A stretch of 56,681 nucleotides of DNA, counting the filler, from Sphacelaria rigidula (Eukaryota): NCBI GenBank assembly GCA_964200075.2. It is 4 parts of 4 records of this genome, joined end to end, with 100 filler letters (N's around TTAATTAATTAA, not from the genome) between each part and the next. Parts side by side here need not be neighbours in the genome. Positions count along the whole stretch, not along the records: positions 14,199 to 28,295 come from CAXNAA020002461.1; positions 28,396 to 42,490 come from CAXNAA020002462.1; 2 more parts are not named here. The stretch is one strand, 5' to 3'. Of the stretch, positions 23,012 through 34,500 are shown in pieces. The notes under the pieces were generated by a model, which worked only from the letters and a program-made list of their open reading frames with translations, was not told the DNA's origin and searched no databases. Every line of letters begins with the position of its first letter. Within the stretch, counting starts at the first letter, position 1. Made by a program: the position numbers and the translations under genes.

Positions 23012-25859
23012 AAAGTATCAAAAGTTATTTCAGAACCATCAAGGAAGAACTTCAAATTGAAAGGTTTTCAAAACTTGATAATGGAAGGTGAAACCTTCGG
23101 GACGGCATCTGACGTGACGTGGCTTGACGTCACGTTTTTGCTTGCAGTTAGTGGCCGCAGGTTGCCCCGACCAATGTGTAATCCACCAGCGTCCGGTTCG
23201 ACAGTGCACATAAGTCAGCACAGCGCGGCACAGTAACGAGTGTTGAGAACCGTTCATAAATATTTACCGTATGGACTGTTAGCCTGCAGCACTGTGCGGT
23301 GTCGTGACGTATCTCGCGCTTCACTGCACTTGCTACTTCACCGCACTGTATTGTACTACAAGGCACCGTAGTACTTTGCACACCTATATACAGTATACTT
23401 AAGTACAGCACGATGCAGAGCCCTACAGTACATTGCAGTATGATCAAGTACAGCGATACCGTGTAGAGAACACGGCAGCTCTTCCAAAGAACAGACAAAA
23501 CCACACTGCAACTAGTTTGCAATATGTGACCCATAAGGGTGGTGCAAGGCGCCATGATGTCTGACAAGATGGTAGTGCAGCCAGGTGCAGCACTGCGGTG
23601 CGCTACAGACTGCGAATCGTTTACACTATCGTCTTCCAGCTGAGGGTGGCAAGAACGAGATGTTGTGGCCAAAGCAACGTCTCGTGCGCGCCGAGCATTT
23701 CAGCTCCACGCAACACAACGAAGGGAATGCTGATACCATGGTGGCAGCAGGGAAGCCCTGTGCTTGCGATGCCAAGCGTTACTACTTCATGACTGGTCCA
23801 TCGTAAAAAGTATGACAGATGTCATGAACTCACTCTGCTTGTTGAGGTATTTTGGTTGTGAACTGGCTGTGAAAGTGATGGTGTGGTGACGGTTCCCTTT
23901 TGTTCGTTCGGTACTGGTTTCCTTTTGTTTGTTCGGTACTGAAGACTGAAGAGAAACACCGGATTTAAGCGTAGAGTGCTGCAAATGGGGCTCTGACCCT
24001 GAAACGTTGATGCTAAGGTTTTTTCAGCGTTGAATCCATTCCGTGCCCGCCTTTTCCCCTTCCGCTTTGATACCGAAATGCGAAAGAGCACTTTCTAAAA
24101 CTTCATCCGAACTATTCCGATATTCTCAAAACGACTGTAAAAATATTACAGTGTCCTTTTACCGGCTCCGGTCAGATGAAAACAGTACGATCGATGTTGT
24201 ACATTTCCGAGCTTTTCGAGCTCCCATGTAAAATCGTCGAGGACGAACACGTTCATACGAAGCAAATTTCCCACTTTCAACCTGCAACGCAGGATATGCC
24301 CGCACTCAGGGTGTTGAGATTATATACTGCTGCATTACAGCAGGAATGGGTATGCCTGATGAGCACCGTGCTGCGCCAACTCTACCCTCACACCACGGCC
24401 TTGGCCAAAGGTAGTAGTGAGAAGGAATCACTCCTTGAAGGTGATCCCGGCCCTGCACCCGACGAAAAGACCCTGCCCATGCCGTACCAACAAGACCGGC
24501 CATGACCTTCGTTGGAGGACGGGAAACGGGGAAACTCGAAGATGCGGTAAAACATTTTCCGGATCCCTTCAGTATCAAAAGCTTCAGGATGTTTCTGAAG
24601 GCATTCGTGCTGTGTAAATCCTATACGTGTCACCGCATATTTGGAATTTGTGCAGCAGAGGTTGCTTAGTTTATTGTTAAGTTCGACAAAACGAGGATTC
24701 ATTTCGAGCAGCGTCCGCTGTTCAAATTCCATATACTGGCGTATAGGATTTGAATAGCAGAGAACAGGCTGGATTCGTTTTTGAGGTCCAACATTTAATT
24801 GAGGTTCAACGGACCATCGAAGTTTCATTTACTTTGTTCAAAAGGCTCGGGATTCGCAACCGCTTTCGACCATGTGCCCCTAACGCAGAAGTTTCTGCAC
24901 GGCAGCGAAAGCATGATGATGAGCAGTCCAACAGAAAAGCCGCCGCCATTCATAGTGCCGCATCTTTTGAGCAACCCCTGCGTCTAAGCGCTACGGAACA
25001 CGTAACAAAGCATGCTGAAAACATACTTATTTGGATTAGTCATCGAGTTTTCGAGCGTCTCTTGTTGAGTATCTGAGAGAGACTTCATACTGTTGCGCCG
25101 GCGACGACCGCCGGCAACGAAACGATCCAATGCGGCGGCAGACGCCCAGGATCTTTGAGACGCAGCATCATTCAGCAGTCTGCTGAGATATACCATCACC
25201 AGAGTAAGGCATCACTACAGTACAGTGGTCAGTTGGATCAAATAGATGTCCCACAATAAAGCTGCAGACACACACAACGGGGGTAAGGGTTAGTCCCACG
25301 CCTGGGGTTGTTTCGCCAGTAGTGTCCATGCGAGGCGCTTCATCCAGTCTGAGCCAGCTACCACGCCTTGTATGGCCACCTCCGCCGTGGCTGTGTTGAG
25401 AACCGGTTTGGCGGTGGGGCTGTTAAACAATACTACTGTGGTGCAACGCGCTTGAAAACTCCGAGCCGTTTCTGTTTAATTTAGAATACGCGGCAGCTGA
25501 AGTTTGAATATCGCTCCTGACGGTCCGAAACGGGATCGGATGCAGGGACGGAAAGCGCTGGCACCCTCCCCCTCAGATGGGATTTGTGACTACCCGTCTA
25601 CTCGATCACTCAATGACGATGAGTAGTGCTTTATACTGAAAGTGATATCGAAGGGATTGAAGGTATCAAGTATGTACCGCCATGGGTTGGGGCAGCCACC
25701 TGCGCGCTTCTTCCTATTTTTTGTGGCATTCATTCGCTCAAACTCATTGTAGCCCGTGATGTACCGTCACTCAATTGATTGATGGCCATCGTTCGCCCAT
25801 GTATTCAACGTAGTCCGTGAAGTGACGTCACGAGGTCGCCGACGGTCATGATTACTTAT

Positions 25860-26080
25860 AATACCCAAGTGATACTCCATACTCAAGAGTTACCGAAAGT
25901 GCTTGCTCTAAATTGAGTAGAGTATTGACGGTCGTATTCGAAATACCCAAATTTTGGGTAGAGTATTCAAGGCCGTACTCGACCTACTCAAAAGTTGAGT
26001 AAAGTATTAAGGCCATCGCAGCCGGTTTGTGGGACAGTATCCGGTGCACTTTTTGTAGGGGGGCTATCTCGGCATTAGTC
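25860..26080 (-). mobile_element. One end of a GACTAATGCCGAGATAGCCC-family element with subterminal GAGTA-rich repeats
   Basis: Reverse complement of ~26011-26080 matches 166-232. Tandem TTGAGTAGAGTATT-like units lie at 25910-26010. Confidence 0.65.
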
Positions 26081-26099
26081 GTATCACGTGTAGTATCTG

Positions 26100-26460
26100 T
26101 CAATAGCTACCAGTAGGTAAATAAATCGAAGCAAATTTCGAAGGTTTGGTGTGGATACGAAGACTTGAATCCTCCGGGTTCTCATACTCAGCGAAAAGAT
26201 CCATCCTCAGTTTCGATGATCGGCTGTTACTGGGATCAACCATGCAAACCAAGTCGATGTCCGGTTGATGCCGAGGACTATTGAACAGCGAATGCTTCCT
26301 GGGTTCTTGCACTCCGCCCCATTTGTATTCGCGTCTTTGTCCGTCCTGTGTATATGGATCGACGCTGTTTCGCTCACGAAGGAGTACGAGAAGTGCTTTC
26401 GAGAAATGGTGGCCACACCACATTATCAGAATGTGGCTGCTCGGATGTTCACCGGTGGCT
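26100..26460 (-). pseudogene. Possible Penelope-like reverse transcriptase C-terminal fragment
   Basis: ATGEHPSSHIL...HHFSKAL...FNSPRHQPDIDL...MDLF...RIHTKPSKFASIYLPTGSY loosely resembles PLE RT motifs. No clear YxDD. Confidence 0.25.
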
Positions 26461-27024
26461 CGGCGTATAATGGCTCAGTCAACGTTTGCCTTGAGTCGGG
26501 ACCGGGCTGCGCCACGACATTGAAGATGGCGATAGACACTGCCTGCGACCTCAACTTCATAGCATTGAGGTGAGCGTGCGCAAATCATTTTCAATCCAAA
26601 GAGGAAGAGGTGAAGTATGCACACAACAAAGCAATGAATCCTACGGTTGTCTCATATATTTTCTCCGCGTATTCTTCCTCGTTGCGACCTTTTTTTATTA
26701 GTACGAATATCAAGTGCACCAACAACGCCTTTGCGCCCCAGTTCGTTTACAAAATTGCTCTTGTCACCTCGTAACAGACACAGGCAAGATGCGACTGGCG
26801 GGGGTACTTGGGGAACATCGCTCGGAATGAAACATGTAGAATAGTACTCAGGGGTACTGTAGTACATCCCTCCCTGTTTAGAGTTAAAATTCCCTTGCTT
26901 GAACGGTTAATACCCGTTACAATGGACGACTGCTTCTCAACAAGACCATCCCTCCGTCCAGGACTTCCCCTGCGCACAGTTGTCACAAATCATATCTGAA
27001 ACTACTGTGCCCGCACTTTCGCTA

Positions 27025-27981
27025 GCCAGTTGAGGGGGGGGTATGAGAGATCAAACACTTGTAGGGACCTTTTTGACATGCATAGTGAAAGAAGATACCT
27101 ATGGTGGTGACCTAACCGTTGCTAGCGTGGCGCATAGGCAATGTGCAGCATGCTGGTCGCGTGAACAGCTCGGTAGAGTACGAGTAGCTTCCCATAAGTA
27201 ATAATTATTCCGATGTCAGGAAATCATGGGTCACGGCAACCAACTGCATCGAAGTCGCAAGACATGTGAAAGCTAGAGAGTTTGATTTGTTTGAGCTGCA
27301 TGCACAGAATTGAAACGGTTGTGAAAACCGGAGGGAGGACGGCTTCCCTGTCCCCCAGCCAGGCATCGATGAACGAGGAAATACTTTTATAGCCGAGTAC
27401 AACACACATGGGGGCCCGGAGAAGTTTCTTTCCATCAAAATCTGTGTATTCCAAGCTGCAAAGCGTTCCATGCGCATTGTTTTCTAATACGAACGGTAAC
27501 TTGTCGATTTCTGTTCCGTTGTTCGAGCACTGTCCGATGCCGATCCCGGAAACGTTTCGTATTGCTGTTCGACAGTTTCTTCGGATGTTTGACTGGACCC
27601 GAAGCGGCCACCTTTCCTCAGGTTTTCAAAACCGTTTCACTTTTGTGGATGCAGATCATAAAAACCAAACTCTCTAGCTTTCACAGGTCTTGCCACTGCG
27701 GTGCAGTTGGTTACCATGATCACGTCCTCCGGACATCGGAATAATTACTACTTATGGGAAGCTACTACTCGCACTGTACCGAGCTGTTCACTTGACCAGC
27801 GTGCTGCGCATTGCTTATGCGCCACGCTAGCAACAGTTAGGTCACCACCATAGGTATCTTTTTTCACTCCGCATGTCAAAAAGGTCTCTACAAGTGTTTG
27901 ATCTCTCATACACCCCCNNNNNNNNNNAGTTCAACAAGGTCTCTACCAGTGTTGATCTCTCATACACCCCCCTCAACTGGC
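27025..27981. mobile_element. Foldback element with ~320-bp terminal inverted repeats
   Basis: GCCAGTTGAGGGGGGG-TATGAGAGATCAAACAC... / ...GTGTTGATCTCTCATACACCCCCCTCAACTGGC; arms ~27025-27345 and ~27600-27917. The right end is duplicated across a 10-N gap. Confidence 0.85.
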
Positions 27982-28017
27982 GTGTGGCAGGCTGTTCTCG
28001 TCGGGCACCCCGTTGGG

Positions 28018-28295
28018 AGAGGTCGGCGAAAATCAACGATGAATAACGCCCCCTAAGTTCAAACTTGGATCTATCTGTTATTGCCGCAGCATCGCCCTTC
28101 CTGGCATGTGTGTAGCAGAGAACAGTAGTTGCGGTGACGGTAACATTGCCCTATTTTGTCAACGATATATTCTTCAGCGCACAGAGGCGCGTCCTGTCCA
28201 AAAGGAGAGGCAGAGAGAAATCGATCTTCGCGTTGGCGACAGGCAAAAAGAGACGGTGGAATCTCTCCGCAGCTTGGTGTTTCGGGACATGGAAA
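28018..28295 (-). repeat. Repeat family B, second copy
   Basis: Reverse-complement similarity to 21700-21977 (e.g. AGAGGCAGAGAGAAATCGATCTTCGC). Confidence 0.8.
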
Positions 28296-28395
28296 NNNNN
28301 NNNNNNNNNNNNNNNNNNNNNNNNNNNNNNNNNNNNNNNTTAATTAATTAANNNNNNNNNNNNNNNNNNNNNNNNNNNNNNNNNNNNNNNNNNNN
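28296..28395. other. Artificial contig spacer
   Basis: N44-TTAATTAATTAA-N44. Confidence 0.97.
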
Positions 28396-28450
28396 CCCCC
28401 CCCCCCCCCCCCCCCCCCCCCCGCCCCATACCCCCCTACACTCCACACGC

Positions 28451-28451
<1 letters not shown>

Positions 28452-28511
<60 letters not shown>
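28452..28511. repeat. (CA)n microsatellite
   Basis: About 30 dinucleotide units, next to a poly-C run at the contig start. Confidence 0.95.
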
Positions 28512-28513
<2 letters not shown>

Positions 28514-28562
28514 GAGTGTCGCCCTCTAGTTCGTAGCTCCCATGAAGGCATGAGGCAGCGAT
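28512..28562 (-). CDS. Carnitine acyltransferase exon IAASCLHGSYELEGDTQ
   Basis: AG/GT bounded, in phase with the previous exon. Confidence 0.85.
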
Positions 28563-31500
28563 CTGCATCAGGAAAAGAAAATAGTGCGGTTGCGTAAAAT
28601 CGCACATAGCAAATCGCCGGAGGTTGTTACGAACGATCAGACAGCGGCGACGAGCTGGCGCGGGAGAAGAGATAATTGCCGTGTCCCAATACTCGGTCCA
28701 GCGACATACTCACAGTACACAATGGCTCACACAACACACAACACACAACACACAACACACAACGATCCCTCACGATGCTCCGTGGTGTAAACATGACACA
28801 TTATTCACCCCGCCCCAAGCAAGGTACACCAAAAAATGCATATGTGTGTGTAGTAGCTATATCAGTACAGACGAGACACATGAAGGCTCTGATTTGACAA
28901 TGGGTACATACACCGTTGCGCACCTGCCCCGGAGTGGAGGGCGACGTGTGATCCAGGCACAACACAAACAGAGCAGTGTCCACTAGGTGCAAGAAGCGCT
29001 TGTTGTGCTCGTTTGACTTGGACAATACGCCCCTCGCCCTGGCCCAATCATCCCGAACCTTGCGTCGCAATCATCATGGGTTATGACACAGTACACCGTG
29101 ATAGCGGGTGGACAGCGGCAAATTTGTTGTGTGGGGGGGGGGGCATTTCGAAGAACGAAGCTCTCGGTTGCCGACAACGCCAGCACTACTTTCATGTAAG
29201 TCTTAGTTTGACTTCATGAACCTCCTTCCCTCAGTAGACAGGGATTTGAACTCTGCTCCTATTTCTGCTCTCGTACCTATTATCCCTGCCATCCCTGTCA
29301 TCCCTCTTCTATGTAGCCTGTCCTATGTAGCATGTAGCGTGGCGGACGGGGTAGACCCTTGAATCGATTAAAACCCGGAACGTTTGAGCGTTCGGGGTGA
29401 GTAGAGCGGCACGTCAAAGAATAATAGTTCGTTCAGCCCCCAGGGGAGCAATCCGTGAACAACAGTACATGATATTACCAACATTGTGTGTGTGCAACAA
29501 GCGATTCAGGACTGTCGGTTTCCGACCGTCTTCTGGGGAGCACAGGGCACAACGATATGTTGAACAGAGCAGCGCTTGGCCCTCCGGCTTTGAACGTGGC
29601 TGGCAAATAAGTCTATCGTGGAACTCTCGCCTCGGTTGTCAGAGCGCCGACCGCTTGTGCCGCTGTTTCGGCGTTGGTGGCGATATCTGCGTCTTCCTGC
29701 ACTGCTTGAACAATCTCCTTTAGCTCCTCCTCAGTCACCCCGACCCGCCCGTCAGGGTGCAAGACACTAAATAAAGAAAGAACCCAGAGTACCAAGCAAG
29801 TGAGGGAAGCGTTCGTCGGGTGCCATCCTCGTCTCGGGAACAAAAAATGACGCGCAAACTAGATACCTACGGGGGCACGATTTGCACCAAGAATCAGGAC
29901 CTGTTCTCGAGACTGACCGAAAATACGTGACATCGACGGTTGCCATTGCCGAGCACGGCAGTACGATGGCATCGTGCCAGCATTGATCATCACTTCACTA
30001 GCAGCTACGATACGAAGGCGAATGTTCGCTGACACTTGACATGCAGTGTCACAACACAAGAAACACAAACTATACCTGACGAAGTAGAACTGGTTCCTGC
30101 ATAAAAGGACGACATGTTGCGAATCCTGTTCCACCGTCAACACCAAAGGATAGTCAAGGGAGAGGCATGGGGAGGGAGATGGGATCCGCTTTTTCGTGAA
30201 GATCCAAAAGCACAAATGTGAGATGCACGACACTTGGTCGACACTGCTTCGGTATGTATCTTGCTCTGAAGATCCGTGAGAGTTGTTGTCAGTCACCTAG
30301 GCCAAAGCTTGCAACGCGGAAATATATATACGGTATGAAAACGTGGAGATCAGCATCTGAGCTGAGCCTCGCGACGAAACTGGATGTTGGCTCAACCATG
30401 TACAGTATGAGACACTGACAAACATCACGTGACTTGTTGTGTGCGAATATCGTGAGCACATGTTACCTGGCAAACGCTCATCTCGTCGGCGTCGTCGACC
30501 ACAGCCTTCCTATGCGCCCCGAACAGTCTTCGGTACTGGTTCATGCACAACGGAGTGTTCCGCCAAACATCTGCCAAAATTCAGAACGCACGGCGATACA
30601 TACAATTATACCGCACAAGACGGGGACAGCGACGGCATCGTACAACACGTCCGCGTAGGCTGACACAGAGCCGGACATGCATCGACTACAGCTTCATCAA
30701 GTAACAGGCGTTCTATAGCACGCTGGGTGTTGTACACCTATACTAGGCACTCCCGCGCCCCGGGAGTCGAAACTAAACGATACACTAATAGCCAGCTGGG
30801 GCTTCTAACCCCGACAGATGGGATATTTCTCAGCAGAATCCGGTTTCTTTCCTTGAAAGCGTGAGGATGCGAATAGGAATCAAAGTCGGCAAGGTTCAGC
30901 GGGGTGCAAGATTACTGATAGTCATGATCCAATCCTTGATGACAAAGTGTCAGGCAGGCAACAGGGGAGAGATGGATTGATTCCTCAAGACTGTGGATTC
31001 GTCCCAAGAAAGAGGAGAGGATAAACGCAGGGTGGAGAACAAGAAGGTAGTTCACACCAAGCGTACACACTTTCTACGCCGATGAAGGATTCAACGGAGA
31101 AGGTTTCAACTGTAACGCAATAATGAGATCCTCGCTCTACACCAATCACGCGTAGAAGCGGGGGGGGGGGGTGGGCTACTCAGCCATGTCCCAACTGCAA
31201 AACTCATATCCACGTTGAGAAACTTTCACGTGAATACATCGGAACCTAAATGAGATGAATCTTGTGTCTTTTCTTCTCGGCTCAACTCACCAGGCGGCAA
31301 CGCTTCATTTCTGACTGCAGACGCAAACCGCAAGGACGAATAAAGCAGGGACGCGGCCCGCCACGCCTGCTTCTTCCTCATCGCAGCCGTTGCTTCATGA
31401 CTACTTACGTCGCCAGACACCGCCAGCCTTTCTGTCCCCGCGACATGAGATGTACTAGCCTGCACATCAGCTAGGTGCTCGCTCAGGCTCGGCGTCTCGA

Positions 31501-34500
31501 ACACGAAAAACGGACTGTCCCATGTTGTGTTGCGCGGGGGGTGGATAGGAACATATGTCCGAGTGGGTGATGGGGGGGGGGTCGTACTCATTTGTTGCTT
31601 GCCTTAGTCGTTCAGCCATTGACCACGCATCCCTTTCGAGACGAAGCCGAGTGGGTGATGGGGGAAACGGTAGAGTCAGGTGTGCCATTCGTTGTGTCGC
31701 ATGTGAAAAGTGATATGCTGTTTACGTTAGGGTTTCTGGAGCTTTCTGGGGCTTCCAAGTATGGTGGTAGCAGGGTGTTTAGTATGCAACACAATGTGGA
31801 CCCTACGTGGGCGGTTGGATACAAAGAACAGCCTCTTACCATATTGTTCGATCAACGTGCGTGGTCTTGCAGGTTGCTTGCTTGCTCACTTGAGGTTTAG
31901 CACTACGCTGTCGTTGGGAGCTAAATAGGAGTCGTCCCAGAACTCCTCAATGTAGCTGTCCTTGTCCGAGGCATAGTCCAGCAGGGCACGCTGGAGGTTG
32001 TCTCCTTGCCCTCCGGTCTTGAACTAAACGGCAACCGACGGGAACGGACACACAAGGTAAACAAGGTAAACCAGGTACATGGAAACCCGTCACATCGAAT
32101 CAACAAAGAGGCAAAAGCTTTGCATGCCACAACCGAGGGAGAAGATGCAATTTTCATTGTTGCACGGGTTACACCCAGTTTTTCGCGAGCTTTGTAAATG
32201 ATTTCTCCTCGTCAAGCAATGCCGATCTTGTCTCAACGCACACGATACTGCCTGATAATACTACGTAGTTTGGCATAGCACATTGTGCGACGGTAGGGGA
32301 ATGCGTACTAGCGACGAATCGTTTTACAGCATGTACGGCATTGTGGTATTTCATGCCTACTCGTGCTCCCACCTCATTGACGACCGCCTTGGTTTCGGCA
32401 AACTCTTTCGGTGTGAGAAGTGGCTCCACCGCCTTGAGATAACTCTGCAGCGTATCGCTCAGTGGAGGTACCTGTGAGAGAGACACCCGTGAAATGACAC
32501 CTGTTTCTTAACTGATTTTCGCACACTAGCTGGTCCACTAAGCATCCAGTCGTGGTCACAAGGTAGAAATGACCAAGAAAATCATGACGGTAAACACAAC
32601 AGGAAACTCGACAAGGAGGGGGGCAGGGGGAGTGTACTCGTGATCTTGCATACCGTAGTCATAACATAAGTGGCCTCGCATCCCTACAGAGCCAGGACCG
32701 AGCGCGCCGGGTTTCCGCCAGACCAGGCTCGCAATCACCAAGCGCAAGGCGCCGTGATGTGTTCGGCGAGTTGCACGAAGGGTGATCTGAATCCTGCAAA
32801 GATTGTTCAGCCCGAATTGTACGAATTATCTTGCGTATGGATGACAGCCTCGAATGAGTTGCTTCATTTTTCCGGTACTATATCGCCACTTCCAGAGACA
32901 GCAACAGGTGACACTGCCTCATGGGTGTCCTACCATTCAAACACTACGTAGTACGATCATCCTCTTAGCGCGGAGTTGAGGTGCTCCACCCCGCACAGTA
33001 TCATTTATCTCGATGACCATCATAGTTACCGCAAAAAAAATACAAGCGAGAAAGAAAACAGTAACCTGGTTGCTAAGCGTACGCAGCGAGTGGCGTGCTG
33101 TACGGCATCGTTGCCAACCGACGCCAACCCTGATTGGGGGACAGAAGGGTCCTCATTTGTTGCCTTAGTCATTTAACCATTGACCACGCATCTCCTTCGA
33201 GACGAGGCACCGTTTCTACTCCTAATAGAGACGCCTGCAATATTTGGGCGCCCACAACATTTCTGACATATTTTTCATTCGGGCGCTCATGACGTGTCTG
33301 TCATACAGTACACAAGAACCTTGTACATATCTTTTCTCCTTCCTGTTTCGCTGTTTGTGGCCACCACCTATCTCCTAGTGTAGCGATGTTCTCTCGCTAC
33401 TATTTAATGCACCGATCGAAATCATGCCACCTTCGTTTAGTTCCCACATTTCTCCCTTCAACACGTCCCGCTCCCTCTTGTACAGCATTCTGCCCCTATA
33501 TGAGTTCTACTCTCTACTGCTTTGCCACAGGGACAGTTCTGTGTATCTACTTTCTCCTCCACCCGGTACCCCTCCTTTATCTCTCTGACAGGTCCAGCTT
33601 TTTTCGCGTAGTTCGTTGGGCCGTGCAGCTGTAGTTTCATCCCTATCCACTTTGTCAACCCTCCGTAAACCTCCAGGTGCTCTTCCTCGCCCACTTCCCG
33701 TCTGAGCGCTAGTTTTCCCCTTATTTCTATCATGTCTCTTTTGTCATGTACCCCCCACATTCACCCTATGGACACCATCTCGTCCTGGTTTTCTCCTATA
33801 TACTTCCGTGCCATCCCACTTTGTTCCAGCCTGCCCCTTCGTTACTTTTTTCTATTCAGCCTTGTCAACTATGGCTGGCAATCTCTTTCTTCGCATGTTC
33901 CTTACGTTATATGGCGGGCAGAGGGAGGGAGAGAAAACAAACAAGTGGACACTGAGGAAAAAAGAGTAGGGAGGAGACAAGTGAAATGGTAGGCTATGGT
34001 GCCGGTCACGGAAATCTCCCGAGAGGTCTTTACCAGGGTTTAATATACGGAGGTCGTCCAGAGAGCAATGCAACGGAGGTAGGTTGCGACTCAAATATCT
34101 TGGGATCGTACTATTTGGGCAAGAATTCTCACGCACCAGCTCTAAAGGAGCGAGACACATTTAATTATACCGGCCAGGGAGACAAGAGGAGAGAACCTGA
34201 AAAAAGGGAAGGAAAGGAACAAAAACAAAAAATGAAAAATGAAAGAAACGAACATGTAAATTAAATTTGTCGGAGTGAGGTGGGTACCAATTTCTCCTGT
34301 AAGTGATGCTCGCTGTCAGCACGGCGAATTTTACGGCAAAACGAATGCACGCCGCGAATCTGTACGCGCGTGCTTCTGCGGTTTTCACCGTGTGGTCTTC
34401 TACCGAGCCATACTCGAGCACGCCCAGCTTTTACTTTACCATAGTGTGCACAGCATCTAATACATTCACTGCTTTCCTCGAAGTGTCCAGGACACGTCTA

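Noticed and set aside
27885..27972. Direct duplication of the foldback right end
   Set aside because: Straddles a 10-N gap; most likely an unmerged contig overlap.
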